A stretch of DNA of 56,241 nucleotides. Origin: Desulfobacterales bacterium. Its GTDB lineage: Bacteria; Desulfobacterota; Desulfobacteria; Desulfobacterales; UBA11574. Made by a program: the position numbers and the translations under genes. Below, piece after piece: positions 11,728 through 21,537 of the stretch (positions are counted from its first letter, which is position 1; each line of letters opens with the position of its first letter). The stretch is taken from positions 2,494,672 through 2,550,912 of the forward strand of contig CP070768.1 of the NCBI GenBank assembly GCA_020345745.1, given 5' to 3'. The notes under the pieces were generated by a model, which did no database searches, was not told where the DNA came from, and saw nothing but the letters and a program-made list of their open reading frames with translations.

Positions 11728-12267
11728 TTATGCCTCTTCGGCTACTTTTTTACCTTGTTCGAGTGCTTCTAAATTGATGGGAATGAGTTTTTCTTTTGCA
11801 GCAAACATCGCTTTTACACACTGGCGCAGGATATCAAAGCCAACGATTTTGCTACGGGCAACAAAAGCGCCAAGCGCTACGATATTGGCTACTTTCGTAG
11901 TGCCCAGGTCTTTTGCAATATCGTTGGCCGGAACCAAGAGCTCATCAACATCAGAGCGATCTGCTCTTATGGGAATTAATGACGAATTGACGACCACAAC
12001 GCCGTTTGTCTTTACCATGGGGGCAAATTTTTCCAGCGAAGGGCGATTCATGGCAACCAGATGCATCGGATTTCTGATAATCGGAGAACCGATGGGTCTG
12101 TCACTGGTAACGACCAGACAATAAGCGGTTCCGCCGCGCATTTCAGGGCCATACGAAGGAATCCATGCCACTTCACGGCCTTCTTCCATTGCAGCATGCG
12201 CAAAAATGTCTCCGATTAATAGTATGCCTTGACCGCCGAAGCCGGCAAACATGACTTCACTTTGCAT
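11728..12267 (-). CDS. 2-oxoacid:ferredoxin oxidoreductase, gamma subunit
   Basis: 179 aa with FAGFGGQGILLIGDIF, typical of the POR/KOR/VOR gamma domain. Last gene of the delta-alpha-beta-gamma operon. Confidence 0.88.
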   Translation of the reverse strand: MQSEVMFAGFGGQGILLIGDIFAHAAMEEGREVAWIPSYGPEMRGGTAYCLVVTSDRPIGSPIIRNPMHLVAMNRPSLEKFAPMVKTNGVVVVNSSLIPIRADRSDVDELLVPANDIAKDLGTTKVANIVALGAFVARSKIVGFDILRQCVKAMFAAKEKLIPINLEALEQGKKVAEEA

Positions 12268-12315
12268 TCGGTCCTCCTTGATACCCCTGTAAAATATTTG
12301 CGCCTATCTAGGATG

Positions 12316-13074
12316 TTATTCTGGGGTTTTGATTTCGCCCAACGGGTAATAAGCGTGCATGCTCTCTTCGGTCCACTTGACGGCTTCTATCGGCGTCATC
12401 CCCCAGTTGGTGGGGCATGTGCTCACAATTTCCACCAAACTAAAACACCGATTTTCCAGTTGATACTGGAACGCTTTTTTAATCGCTTTCTTTGCCCTTA
12501 CAATGTATTTGGGCTTAATCGCCGATTGCCGTGCAATGTATGCCGGCGTTTCCAATGCAGAAATCAGCTCGGCAACTTTTATGGGCATGCCCACATCTGC
12601 TACATCACGTCCCGATGGAGAGGTTGTCGTTCTCTGATCAGACAAGGTTGTCGGTGCCATCTGCCCGCCGGTCATACCATATACCGTATTGTTAACAAAA
12701 ATTGAGGTAAACTTCTCTCCACGGTTAGCGGAATGTATGATCTCTCCCATTCCTATGCTAGCAAGGTCTCCATCACCCTGATAAGTAAACACGATTAAAT
12801 CGGGCCGAACCCTCTTTATACCTGTGGCCACTGCCGGTGCTCGACCATGAGCAGCTTCCTGAAAGTCAAACGTAAAATAATTATAGGCCAGTACCGCACA
12901 TCCCACCGGTGCAATGCCGACCGCCCGACCCCGAACATCCAGCTCATCGATGACTTCGGCAACCAGCCGATGAATAACACCGTGCGTACAGCCTGGACAA
13001 TAATGAGTGTGTTGATCAGAAAGCGCTGCAGTTTTTTTGAATGTCTTTGCCATACCTTTTGTTCCTTCGTACAA
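12316..13074 (-). CDS. 2-oxoacid:ferredoxin oxidoreductase, beta (TPP-binding) subunit
   Basis: 252 aa with YCPGCTHGV, GDGD and VNNTVYGMTGGQ. Confidence 0.9.
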   Translation of the reverse strand: MYEGTKGMAKTFKKTAALSDQHTHYCPGCTHGVIHRLVAEVIDELDVRGRAVGIAPVGCAVLAYNYFTFDFQEAAHGRAPAVATGIKRVRPDLIVFTYQGDGDLASIGMGEIIHSANRGEKFTSIFVNNTVYGMTGGQMAPTTLSDQRTTTSPSGRDVADVGMPIKVAELISALETPAYIARQSAIKPKYIVRAKKAIKKAFQYQLENRCFSLVEIVSTCPTNWGMTPIEAVKWTEESMHAYYPLGEIKTPE

Positions 13075-13108
13075 AACTCTACCCCGGATTTTTCATGAAA
13101 TATCCGGG

Positions 13109-14179
13109 CTATTTGCTTAACGGTTTAACCACACCCATAATTTCTTCCGGCGTCGGCACATCCCCACCAGCCTTGCCATACCAATGAACCGGGCACACGC
13201 CCTGAACGCTTCGTTCCACGTCTTCAACCATCTGCCCCATACTCAGTTCAATACTAATGGCAGCCTTGCAGCCGCTTTTCGATACAGCTTCTTTTATGGC
13301 ATTTTCAGGAAAAGGAAAGAGCGTCTGGGGCCTTATCATACCGACTTCGAGACCTTCAGTCTTAAACATGTCAATGGCGGTTCGACACACCCTGCTAATG
13401 ATGCCGTAGCTGACGATAAGCACCTTGTAATCCCCATCCGTGTTATAGGACTCGTACCGTATCTCTTCTTGCTTCATACGATCGTACTTGGCCTTTAGAA
13501 AGCGGTTATGTTCCTCCAATAGCTCGGCATTTAGAAAAAGCGATTTAACCAGGTTGCGATCCTTTCGGTTACGTGTGTCCATGCCGCTTGTGGCCCAATC
13601 ATCCTTATTGCTCGGCTCGGATATTAGATGATCCGGAAATTCAACAGGCTCCATCATCTGACCGATTAAACCGTCGCCTAATATCATTACGGGATTTCTA
13701 TATTTTTCCGCCAAGGGGAATGCCATCATCACCATCTCAACCGCTTCCTGAACGCCATCCGGGGCCAGGACAAGTAGTCGGTAGTCACCGTGTCCTCCGC
13801 CCTTGGTGGCTTGAAAATAATCGGCTTGCGATGGAAGGATGCCACCCAATCCTGGGCCACCGCGTACAATATTGACAAAAACCGCCGGTAACTGGGCGGA
13901 TGAGATATAGCTCAAGGCCTCGCTCATGAGACTAATGCCGGGGCTTGACGATGTTGTAAATACACGAGCGCCGCAACCTGCAGCGCCAAAGAGCATATAT
14001 CCAACGGCAACCTCACTTTCTCCTTGTAGGAAAACACCGCCAACTTCCGGCATACGGCGTGAAAGGTATTCTGCAACTTCAGATTGGGGTGTAATAGGGT
14101 AGGCAAAATAGTTGAAACATCCCGCTTTGATTGCAGCCTCTCCAATCGCTTCGTTGCCTTTCATCAAAACTTTGCCCAT
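13109..14179 (-). CDS. 2-oxoacid:ferredoxin oxidoreductase, alpha subunit
   Basis: 356 aa with GNEAIGEAAIKAG..YPITPQSE and GPGLGG. Size and motifs fit VorB/KorA-type subunits; substrate specificity cannot be determined by eye. Confidence 0.9.
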   Translation of the reverse strand: MGKVLMKGNEAIGEAAIKAGCFNYFAYPITPQSEVAEYLSRRMPEVGGVFLQGESEVAVGYMLFGAAGCGARVFTTSSSPGISLMSEALSYISSAQLPAVFVNIVRGGPGLGGILPSQADYFQATKGGGHGDYRLLVLAPDGVQEAVEMVMMAFPLAEKYRNPVMILGDGLIGQMMEPVEFPDHLISEPSNKDDWATSGMDTRNRKDRNLVKSLFLNAELLEEHNRFLKAKYDRMKQEEIRYESYNTDGDYKVLIVSYGIISRVCRTAIDMFKTEGLEVGMIRPQTLFPFPENAIKEAVSKSGCKAAISIELSMGQMVEDVERSVQGVCPVHWYGKAGGDVPTPEEIMGVVKPLSK

Positions 14180-14191
14180 GTGTTCCTCCGT

Positions 14192-14425
14192 TTATTCTTC
14201 CTCTACTTCTTTTTCACTCGTTTTGTTTATTGCAATCGCCACATCAGGACACATGATACAGCATGTCGTACAGTAAACACAGTCCTCAGGACGTGCCTGG
14301 TAAACCGGAAAATAGCCCATTGCGTTGACCTTGTCACACAGTTCCAAAACATTTTTTGGGCAAACCGTCACACACAATTCACATCCCTTGCACCGATCAT
14401 TATCGACAATATGTTTATAGGGCAT
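14192..14425 (-). CDS. 2-oxoacid:ferredoxin oxidoreductase, delta subunit (2x[4Fe-4S] ferredoxin)
   Basis: The track ORF starts at a TTG at 14524 inside a repeat. It is trimmed to the ATG at 14425, which is preceded by AAGGAG. Cluster motifs are CKGCELCVTVCP and CVYCTTCCIMCP. Confidence 0.8.
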   Translation of the reverse strand: MPYKHIVDNDRCKGCELCVTVCPKNVLELCDKVNAMGYFPVYQARPEDCVYCTTCCIMCPDVAIAINKTSEKEVEEE

Positions 14426-14514
14426 ATACACAGCTCCTTTTAAGTTGAACCTTGGTTGAGAGCAAACAAATAATGACACGTTTTTTATATTAACTTGTAA
14501 CAATCTTTTAACAA

Positions 14515-14776
14515 GCCATCTCAAAAATACATCTAACGCCCAATTACAGTTTTGCGCGCCTGTTGAATTGTTTCACAATACTTAAACAATGAAAGCTAAC
14601 GCTTCCCTGATTTCCCGATCACGGATCGTGAAATCAGCAAACGGCTTCGCAGTTTGTAGTTTAGGCAAAATGTTCATCCCGCCTATGGGCGGGACTCCGC
14701 TTTTTCATATGTTACAAATGACACCTACGCCGTCTCGCGCCTGGCCTTTGAACGTGATCTATATTTTTGAGACAGC
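14515..14776. repeat. Rep-C family MITE-like repeat (long copy)
   Basis: Ends gccatctcaaaaatacatctaacgcccaattacag (left) and gatctatatttttgagacagc (right) are inverted. The interior shares blocks with 21403-21537 and 34582-34723 (gtaggtgtcatttgtaacatatgaaaaag). Includes the hairpin TCCCGCC-tat-GGGCGGGA at 14677-14694. Confidence 0.7.
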
Positions 14777-14812
14777 TTGTAGCTTCAAAGGTTCAATAAT
14801 TAAAACATCACA

Positions 14813-15505
14813 CTACCCAACTTTGGCGGCCTTTTTCCAGGGTGGAACGAGCTGCCTGTCTATGGCTAATACCGGACAGGAAAGGCGGTTTTTGTCTATT
14901 TTGGACAAAAGACGCGACTCAACTGTTACAAATTCAAGCGGCAGCCGACTCTCCTCAGATAAAGATCTAACAAAATCGTATCCGTAATAAACGCTTTCAC
15001 TCGTTGTTTCATCTATCAGGTTTGCATTGCCAACAATACCACTTACGCGCATCTTCGATGCCTTGTCAATCTCATCTCGCATTTTGATGCACCCTGAGAT
15101 GGTATCCGTAAAGGGACGAAAGGGATTCACCACCTGGAGCATATGAACACGCTTATCGCGCAATGCGTCAGCTAAGGTTGCAAGCACTTTAGCCCCGACG
15201 TTATTACCCCCTGCATCGATTAATGTCAGCTGGCTCGGCTGGCGGATCAAACCGGATATGGCAGGGCTTAAAACAGGAAGATCTGCCTGCAGATACTGTT
15301 TCGGCGGAACAACAACATCAATGTCTAATTTACACAGCGTTTCCTTTGCTTCACGTGTTCTAAAGTAAGGATTGACAAGATCAAGGTCAGCGATTCGAAC
15401 AGCAAGACCCGCACGCCTACGATTCATGGCGAGGTTAATGGAGACTTCCGTCTTTCCGCTGCCATAGCCGCCGACGATAACCACTATTCCTGTAAGGTTT
15501 CTCAC
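14813..15505 (-). CDS. P-loop NTPase of unknown role (MinD/ParA-like SIMIBI class)
   Basis: 230 aa with the Walker A motif VIVGGYGSGKTEVS near the N-terminus. Candidate promoter TTGACA-17-TACAAA at 15578-15550 on the minus strand. Confidence 0.6.
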   Translation of the reverse strand: MRNLTGIVVIVGGYGSGKTEVSINLAMNRRRAGLAVRIADLDLVNPYFRTREAKETLCKLDIDVVVPPKQYLQADLPVLSPAISGLIRQPSQLTLIDAGGNNVGAKVLATLADALRDKRVHMLQVVNPFRPFTDTISGCIKMRDEIDKASKMRVSGIVGNANLIDETTSESVYYGYDFVRSLSEESRLPLEFVTVESRLLSKIDKNRLSCPVLAIDRQLVPPWKKAAKVG

Positions 15506-15771
15506 GTTGATTAATCGTTAATATCATAAAAATATAAAAAAGTTGCTGATTTGTATTTTCATTTTATTTTGGTGTCAAGTTATTTCATGTTTATTTGAAG
15601 GTGCCGTCTCAAAGCGCAGCGACGCTGTCAATATCGTTAAGCGACAATGGATACCCATGAATGCTTACAATAGCCGGAACTACGAAAAGGCTGGCCCAGC
15701 CGCTCTGCGTTGTGGATGGTAATCAACACCTTTGGCACACATATTTAACCTGTTTCACCTTCTTATCTTCT

Positions 15772-17154
15772 TCAATCTTTATCCCCATCCGTCCCTTTTT
15801 TTGTCTTTTTCTCTTGCTCTTTCAACCTTCGCCATTTTCGAAGCATCTCTTTAATCGTTTTTTCATATCCCCTGTTTGTGGGAACGTAATACCTTTGGCC
15901 CTGAAGCGCTTTAGGCAAATAGTCCTGCGGGACATACGCATGGGCATAATCGTGGGCATATTTGTACCCCTTACCATATCCGAGTGCTTTCATCAGCTCT
16001 GTTGGCGCGTTCCTGATATGAAATGGAACGGGCAAGGCACCCGAACGGTCAATGCTTTCCTTAACCTTTCCGTATGCATCATAAATGCTGTTGCTCTTGG
16101 GGGCAGTCGCCATATAAATAGCTGCTTGGGCCAGCGCCAGTTCACCTTCCGGGTGACCCAGAAATTTGAAAGCTTCCATAGCGCTCTGGGCGATGCCGAG
16201 TGCAAACGGATCCGCATTCCCAATATCCTCGGAGGCAAATCTGACCATGCGCCGGGCAATATACATCGGATCTTCTCCAGCCGACAACATACGCCCGAGC
16301 CAATAAACAGAAGCATCTGGATCACTCCCCCTCATACTCTTGTGAAAAGCTGAAATAAGATTATAATGCTCTTCGCCGGATTTGTCATACAACAGTGCCT
16401 TTTTCTCCAGCGCACGTTCGATGTCTTGCAGGGTTATATGCACAGGTGTTTTGGCGTGTGCAGGATCTTGTTCCGACACCACCATAGATGCAACGATTTC
16501 AAGGCCGTTTAAAGCAACGCGGCCGTCCCCGTCGGCAATTCTGATGATATGTGAACGTGCCTCTGGGTTCACGACAAGATTGATATTTCCCAACCCCCGC
16601 TCCTTGTCCTTGACCGCACGATCGATGATCGTCTTAATCTCACCCTCAGAAAGGGAATTTAAGGTGATGACACGGCACCTCGACATCAGTGCAGGAATCA
16701 CTTCAAAGGAGGGATTTTGGGTGGTAGCGCCGATGAGGGTTATCAATCCACTTTCAACATGGTGAAGAAATGCATCCTGTTGGCTCTTGTTGAACCGGTG
16801 GATTTCATCAACAAAGAGGACGGTTCTTTTCCGAAAAAGCGTTTGTTGGTTTTTTGCGTCTTCGATAACCGATCGGATCTCCTTGATACCGGATAGGACG
16901 GCGGAAAAATGAAGAAAATGACAACGGGTCTCATTGGCAAAAATCCTTGCAAGGGTTGTTTTTCCACACCCAGGAGGACCCCAGAGAATCATAGAAAACA
17001 TCCGGTCGTTCTCTAGGGCATGGCGAATCGATGTCCCTTCACCAACAACGTGGTTTTGCCCTACGAATTCATCTAAATTTCTAGGACGCATCTTGTCGGC
17101 TAGAGGTCTTGATGCATTCGCCGTTTTTTGGGCGTGGTGTTCGAATAGGTCCAA
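15772..17154 (-). CDS. rarA: Replication-associated recombination protein A (AAA+ ATPase)
   Basis: GPPGCGKTTLARI, LFVDEIHRFNK and GATTQNPSFE. The track start (TTG at 17199) lies inside a Rep-A repeat. The in-frame TTG at 17154 has a GGGAGG SD 5 nt upstream and gives a typical N-terminal length (MDLFEHH...RPLADKMRP). Confidence 0.85.
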   Translation of the reverse strand: MDLFEHHAQKTANASRPLADKMRPRNLDEFVGQNHVVGEGTSIRHALENDRMFSMILWGPPGCGKTTLARIFANETRCHFLHFSAVLSGIKEIRSVIEDAKNQQTLFRKRTVLFVDEIHRFNKSQQDAFLHHVESGLITLIGATTQNPSFEVIPALMSRCRVITLNSLSEGEIKTIIDRAVKDKERGLGNINLVVNPEARSHIIRIADGDGRVALNGLEIVASMVVSEQDPAHAKTPVHITLQDIERALEKKALLYDKSGEEHYNLISAFHKSMRGSDPDASVYWLGRMLSAGEDPMYIARRMVRFASEDIGNADPFALGIAQSAMEAFKFLGHPEGELALAQAAIYMATAPKSNSIYDAYGKVKESIDRSGALPVPFHIRNAPTELMKALGYGKGYKYAHDYAHAYVPQDYLPKALQGQRYYVPTNRGYEKTIKEMLRKWRRLKEQEKKTKKGTDGDKD

Positions 17155-17166
17155 TGATTCCTCCCT

Positions 17167-17310
17167 AGAGACCTTGGAAAAATCCTTCCTTTTGTCCAAT
17201 CTCTGCGTCAGGCTCAGATTTTAATCCTCAAAATACACTATGTATGTCTGTGGTTAAAATCTTCGCCTTCCTTGACCTTGAATAAAATTAAACATTTTTC
17301 CAAGGTCTCC
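17167..17310. repeat. Rep-A family MITE-like repeat (144 bp), reverse orientation relative to 21536-21679
   Basis: TIRs agagaccttggaaaaat (17167-17183) and atttttccaaggtctcc (17294-17310). The interior is near-identical to the reverse complement of 21552-21663 (ccaatctctg.gtcag.ctcagattttaatcctc.aaatac...tgtatgtctgtggttaaaatcttcg). Confidence 0.85.
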
Positions 17311-17383
17311 CATTTAAGCATTTAGAAAAAATAAAAATATTTATCCAATTGGTATAGTAAACTCTCAAAAACTTTGGGTAAAA

Positions 17384-17568
17384 GGGATTCAGGTTTTTTA
17401 TGAAAGGAGATATCTTTTTCGTTTACTACAATGTTACCCAGTGACCCTATATTTATGATTTATTTTAACAATTGATTTGGTTTTGTAGAAAAGAAGCCAA
17501 AATCATAAATATAGGGTCACACGGCTAAGACAATATTGATATCGACTGGAAGAAAAAGCCTGAAGCCC
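17384..17568. repeat. Rep-B MITE-like element, 185 bp, copy 1
   Basis: Ends gggattcaggtttttt and aaaaagcctgaagccc are inverted. Internal 20-bp perfect hairpin gtgaccctatatttatgatt (17441-17460) / aatcataaatatagggtcac (17501-17520). Homologous in reverse orientation to 47984-48168. Confidence 0.85.
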
Positions 17569-17641
17569 GAACATTATGAAATAAATCCTACCTTTTTAAG
17601 AAGGTACGTTGATATAAGGCTCATGTATTTCATAGTCAGTA

Positions 17642-18961
17642 CTATTGGAACCGGCTAGTGCGTTTACGAAATATGATTCTTATTGGCGTCATTTCAAGCC
17701 CCGAGCCTTCCCTGATCTGATTGATTAGATAACGTTTATAAGAAAAATGAACAGCAGCAGGATAGTTCACGAAACATACAAAGGTGGGGGGAGCAGTTGA
17801 CGCCTGAGTAATATAGTAAAATTTTAGACGCCTTCCCCGAAAAATGGGCGGTTCATTGCGTTCTGTTGCTCGCTTTAACATCTTATTTAACGGTCCTGTG
17901 CCGATCCGCTCTGAATACTGGCTGTAAACCTCCTCTACAAGCTTGAAAATTTTTATAACCCTGAGACCCGTAATTGCTGAAATCGTCATCACTGGTGCAA
18001 AGCTTAAAAATTTTGCTTGTGTTCTCATCTGGTCATAAAAGCGTTTTGCTGTTTTGCTGTCCTTCTCGACCAGATCCCATTTGTTTAAGAGGAGAATGCA
18101 TCCACATCCGCGCTCAAACGCATATCCGGCAACATTAACGTCCTGTTCGGTGATGCCCTCGTGAGCATCGACGACAATTAACGCTATATCACACCTGTCA
18201 AGGCTTCTTAATGCTTTAATAATTGAAAACTTTTCGAGCTTTTTTGAAACCTTTGCTTTTCGACGGATACCGGCTGTGTCAATGAGAAGGTATGATTTAC
18301 CGTCTATTTTACAGACAGAGTCAATGGCATCGCGTGTGGTTCCGGGAATGTCACTGACCAGAAGACGTTTTTCACCCAGGATTCGATTTATCAATGATGA
18401 TTTTCCAACATTGGGTTTACCGACCACTGCGATCCGGATCATCGATTCTAATTCGACGGATGGCATTTCAGGCAGCGTATCGATCAGTTCGTCGAGAAAA
18501 TCTGATATCCCATAACGATGCTCAGCCGAAACAGGGTACAATTTTTCAATGCCAAGGCGATGAAAATCGTACAACTTCCCTTCCTGTTCGATCCCGTCAA
18601 TCTTGTTGACAGCATAGAAAACAGGTTTTGTTAACCGGCGAAGTATGGTTACCACATCTTCGTCAAAAGGGGAGATCCCCGTCTTGCCGTCCAGCAGCAA
18701 AATGACAGCATCTGCATCGTCAACGGCCTGCAGAATTTGAACCCGGATATCGTTGGCAAAATCATCCTCATCTTCGCTCTGAAATCCGCCTGTATCGACC
18801 AGCGAAAATTCCACACCGTTCCAACTGGCATCACCATAATGACGGTCTCTTGTAACACCGGGAAAATCGTCAACAAGGGCATTTCTGGTTCGAGTTACAC
18901 GATTAAAAAATGTGGATTTGCCGACGTTTGGTCGTCCAATAATAGCAACTATCGGTTTCAT
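17642..18961 (-). CDS. der: Ribosome-associated GTPase Der (EngA)
   Basis: The track ORF is extended to 19150. It is trimmed to the ATG at 18961 ([20 protein letters not shown]). Second G domain [12 protein letters not shown]; also DTGG and DTAG; KH-like C-terminus. Confidence 0.92.
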   Translation of the reverse strand: MKPIVAIIGRPNVGKSTFFNRVTRTRNALVDDFPGVTRDRHYGDASWNGVEFSLVDTGGFQSEDEDDFANDIRVQILQAVDDADAVILLLDGKTGISPFDEDVVTILRRLTKPVFYAVNKIDGIEQEGKLYDFHRLGIEKLYPVSAEHRYGISDFLDELIDTLPEMPSVELESMIRIAVVGKPNVGKSSLINRILGEKRLLVSDIPGTTRDAIDSVCKIDGKSYLLIDTAGIRRKAKVSKKLEKFSIIKALRSLDRCDIALIVVDAHEGITEQDVNVAGYAFERGCGCILLLNKWDLVEKDSKTAKRFYDQMRTQAKFLSFAPVMTISAITGLRVIKIFKLVEEVYSQYSERIGTGPLNKMLKRATERNEPPIFRGRRLKFYYITQASTAPPTFVCFVNYPAAVHFSYKRYLINQIREGSGLEMTPIRIIFRKRTSRFQ

Positions 18962-19034
18962 AGCAAACGAATGAATATTAAAAGGTAAAATCCTTGTCTC
19001 ACTGCCCACGCGCTGTGTTAACCGCCGAACGCCT

Positions 19035-21356
19035 TCATTCAGGTGGAGCAAAAAAGCCGATTCCCTGCTGTTCCTGATTGTTCTGATATATATGTAGGCA
19101 ACTGCCGCCGCTTGATGTCGGCACGTGGATGACGCGAACAGCGGATTCAAAAGCGGTCAAATCTGAAGCAATGGAAGAAATCTGGTTGGGTGTTTGGATA
19201 AAGAAATCCTCTTTAAAGACAGTATCTGATTGGTCCGGGAAAATAGCAATAGGTGAAATTTCTGCTTCTACCAAATCGTTAAAAAAATGAGTTCCATAGG
19301 ACACCTCTGGCGTATAGCCCTCCTTCTCAAATGCAATCTCACCCAGAATTAACGTATGGTTAATGTCTTGGTATCCAACTTTAACACCAAGGTTGATGTC
19401 ATTGCTCCCCCAACGACCGGGTCCGAAAAGCGCAAAACGTTTGTCGTGGAACAACTGATTTAGACGGCTTACTGCCCGACCTACGGCCAGTTTGTCATCA
19501 TATGTCGACAGCTTTCCATAGGCTTTCGGACACACATAAACAATATATTCTATATCTTTTATTATGCTGCTTGAAACGACCTTGTTATTGGTAAATATGA
19601 TCTGCTCTTGCGGAATGTCCTTTGGAATATTTACACTACCAATGTCTTTAGTGGTCGAAAGGGAACGGCACTGAAGAATGTAAAGGTACTCACCGTCCCA
19701 TGCAAACTCGATATCAACCGGCCGTTCGTATGCTTCCTGGAGCTGATATAGTATTTTCTTCATCAAGTCTGGAAAAACCGTTTTAGTAAGTAGATTTTCA
19801 AAGGTGAGATAGGCACTGTTAGGGTTGATCGATTTGCTTTTGAAAAGCGGGGGAGATAGATGACCCTCTTGATCCAAAGAGACTGCAAAATACATATCAG
19901 GATGGTTGATCTCACTGAGCAAGTCAATATATGGCATCGCCTCTAATTGTCCGCTCTTTAGATTGAGCACATCGACTTCTTTTTGTGAATATTTTTTTAT
20001 TTGTCCTGGCTCCACCTCAGGGCGAAGCGTGGGGTGGCTCAAATGAACCATACGGGGATAGCCTTGGCCGACACGGTCCACGGCTCGCGTTCCGAGACCA
20101 AAAACAATGCGAACAAAGCCATCTTCCTTTTTGATACGGGGCGTCCAGCTGTAGGAACTATAAGAAAAACCTACACCGGCTGCAAATGGAAAGAAATATT
20201 TACCAAAATGCCTTCCCACGACTTTTTGAACCAGAACACTCATTCTTTCATCAAAATCGATCAGGTTATGATTTCGGCGATATAGGATAGGCTCAGGACC
20301 ATATGTACTCATATGCACCAATTTTAACCCCCAGACGAAGTCGTTAAGACGCTTTTCAATGTCTCCCTGGTTGGCAACAAAAACGGAATCATATTTTCCT
20401 GAAAAAGCATACCCAAAATTATCTTCCAAAAGGCTGGACGATCTGAGAATAAGCGGGTACTCTCCGATCTTTAGCAGAAATTTATGGAAATCATCCATCA
20501 CATCAGGAGGAAAAATGGCCTTTTTAAAAAGCTCGGCCATATGTTTGTATTCTTCCTCAAGTACCTCACGCGATTTGTATTTCTGGGTATGAAACTGATC
20601 CAGATTATTATAGTCGATAAAATCGGAAAAAATCCCGGAATTGAAATAAAAGGATTCAGGTATTCGGACATACCGTTCGATGTCTGGATCCCCTTTGGCA
20701 AGTGTAGGCACAAGGATTTTATAGGCCAGAAACATGCCAGCGGCCTTGCCGCCGATCTTGCCAGGACGTCGCCGGCTCCAGTACATATTAGCGACCAGTT
20801 GGTATACGTCTCGAATAGTTATGTGTTGCTTCCCGATTCCGATAAAGGGCAACTGATTTGAGATAAAATGATTGATGAGGGCTACCCTGGCACCCTCGGC
20901 TTGGCTTGGCGGAATGTGAAGATCTCCTATGGGAATTTCGCAGAATCCTTCGAGCGCATGCTTGATCTTTTTTGACGTTGCCCCCTCGGTGTTTATCACC
21001 CGGTTGAGATGCTTGAATCGATCCTTTTTCCTTGCTAGATTGATGTGATTTTCAATCTCCTCTTCACTGAAATAACTAGCAAAATAAAGATCGATAAGGG
21101 CATTCTTATACTCACGGATGCTATCCTCATCCGGCTCGAGACCTTCTTTGCGAAGCCTTGCGCTGGCCTCTTGTTCGAGTGTCTTTGCATTGGTAATCTT
21201 ACCTTTGCTCAAAGCCTCGAGGAATATTTCCCGAACAGAACCGATGATTTGAGGAAAATTCATCAATTTTTGAAACATGCGATACGTTTTGATAAGGCTG
21301 AGCTCTGTTTGATGGTCGATCGTAAACCTCCTATTTTGTAACAATGTAACTGGCAA
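19035..21356 (-). CDS. PEP/pyruvate-binding (PPDK_N-like ATP-grasp) domain protein with no phosphohistidine domain seen
   Basis: 773 aa with [17 protein letters not shown] and [20 protein letters not shown], typical of the PpsA/PPDK N-terminal nucleotide-binding domain. No GGxTSHAA swivel-His motif is present. The track start is a TTG, so the true start is uncertain. Confidence 0.65.
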   Translation of the reverse strand: MPVTLLQNRRFTIDHQTELSLIKTYRMFQKLMNFPQIIGSVREIFLEALSKGKITNAKTLEQEASARLRKEGLEPDEDSIREYKNALIDLYFASYFSEEEIENHINLARKKDRFKHLNRVINTEGATSKKIKHALEGFCEIPIGDLHIPPSQAEGARVALINHFISNQLPFIGIGKQHITIRDVYQLVANMYWSRRRPGKIGGKAAGMFLAYKILVPTLAKGDPDIERYVRIPESFYFNSGIFSDFIDYNNLDQFHTQKYKSREVLEEEYKHMAELFKKAIFPPDVMDDFHKFLLKIGEYPLILRSSSLLEDNFGYAFSGKYDSVFVANQGDIEKRLNDFVWGLKLVHMSTYGPEPILYRRNHNLIDFDERMSVLVQKVVGRHFGKYFFPFAAGVGFSYSSYSWTPRIKKEDGFVRIVFGLGTRAVDRVGQGYPRMVHLSHPTLRPEVEPGQIKKYSQKEVDVLNLKSGQLEAMPYIDLLSEINHPDMYFAVSLDQEGHLSPPLFKSKSINPNSAYLTFENLLTKTVFPDLMKKILYQLQEAYERPVDIEFAWDGEYLYILQCRSLSTTKDIGSVNIPKDIPQEQIIFTNNKVVSSSIIKDIEYIVYVCPKAYGKLSTYDDKLAVGRAVSRLNQLFHDKRFALFGPGRWGSNDINLGVKVGYQDINHTLILGEIAFEKEGYTPEVSYGTHFFNDLVEAEISPIAIFPDQSDTVFKEDFFIQTPNQISSIASDLTAFESAVRVIHVPTSSGGSCLHIYQNNQEQQGIGFFAPPE

Positions 21357-21402
21357 TTCGCCCGGATATTTAAAAGGAGATCCTTATAACAATTATCTGT
21401 AA

Positions 21403-21537
21403 GCCACCTCAAAAATGCAGATTATGCTCAAGGACAAGGCGCGAGCCGATGAAAAAGCACAGCATACTTAAGTGTGTGTAAGCATTTTGAAGAGGCTTGC
21501 AACTCCGTAATTGGGCATTAGATGTATTTTATAATGG
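21403..21537. repeat. Rep-C family repeat (short copy)
   Basis: Starts gccacctcaaaaatgcag...ctcaaggacaaggcgcgagccg and ends ccgtaattgggcattagatgtattttataatgg. Abuts or overlaps the Rep-A copy that begins at 21536. Confidence 0.7.

Noticed and set aside
14426-14524. N-terminal extensions in track ORFs: the OFOR delta subunit to 14524, der to 19150, guaB to 5344, gdhA to 22971, rocD to 32017, carbamoyltransferase to 34414, and the gamma-carbonic-anhydrase-like gene from 39381.
   Set aside because: Internal ATGs with good SD sequences give N-termini typical of each family. The extensions run into repeats or neighbouring genes.
15733-15750. Sigma54-like TGGCAC strings at 15733 (TGGCACacataTTTA) and around 39470-39560 (TGGCACtgctGCA; TTGGACgtcgcTTGC).
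   Set aside because: The -12 element is missing, or the GG-N10-GC spacing is off by 1-3 nt. The first also points antisense into rarA.
15661-16353. 230-aa plus-strand ORF, plus ORFs at 15993-16325, 16382-16765 and 16934-17224.
   Set aside because: They are antisense or overlapping shadows of rarA, which has clear AAA+ motifs. No independent support.
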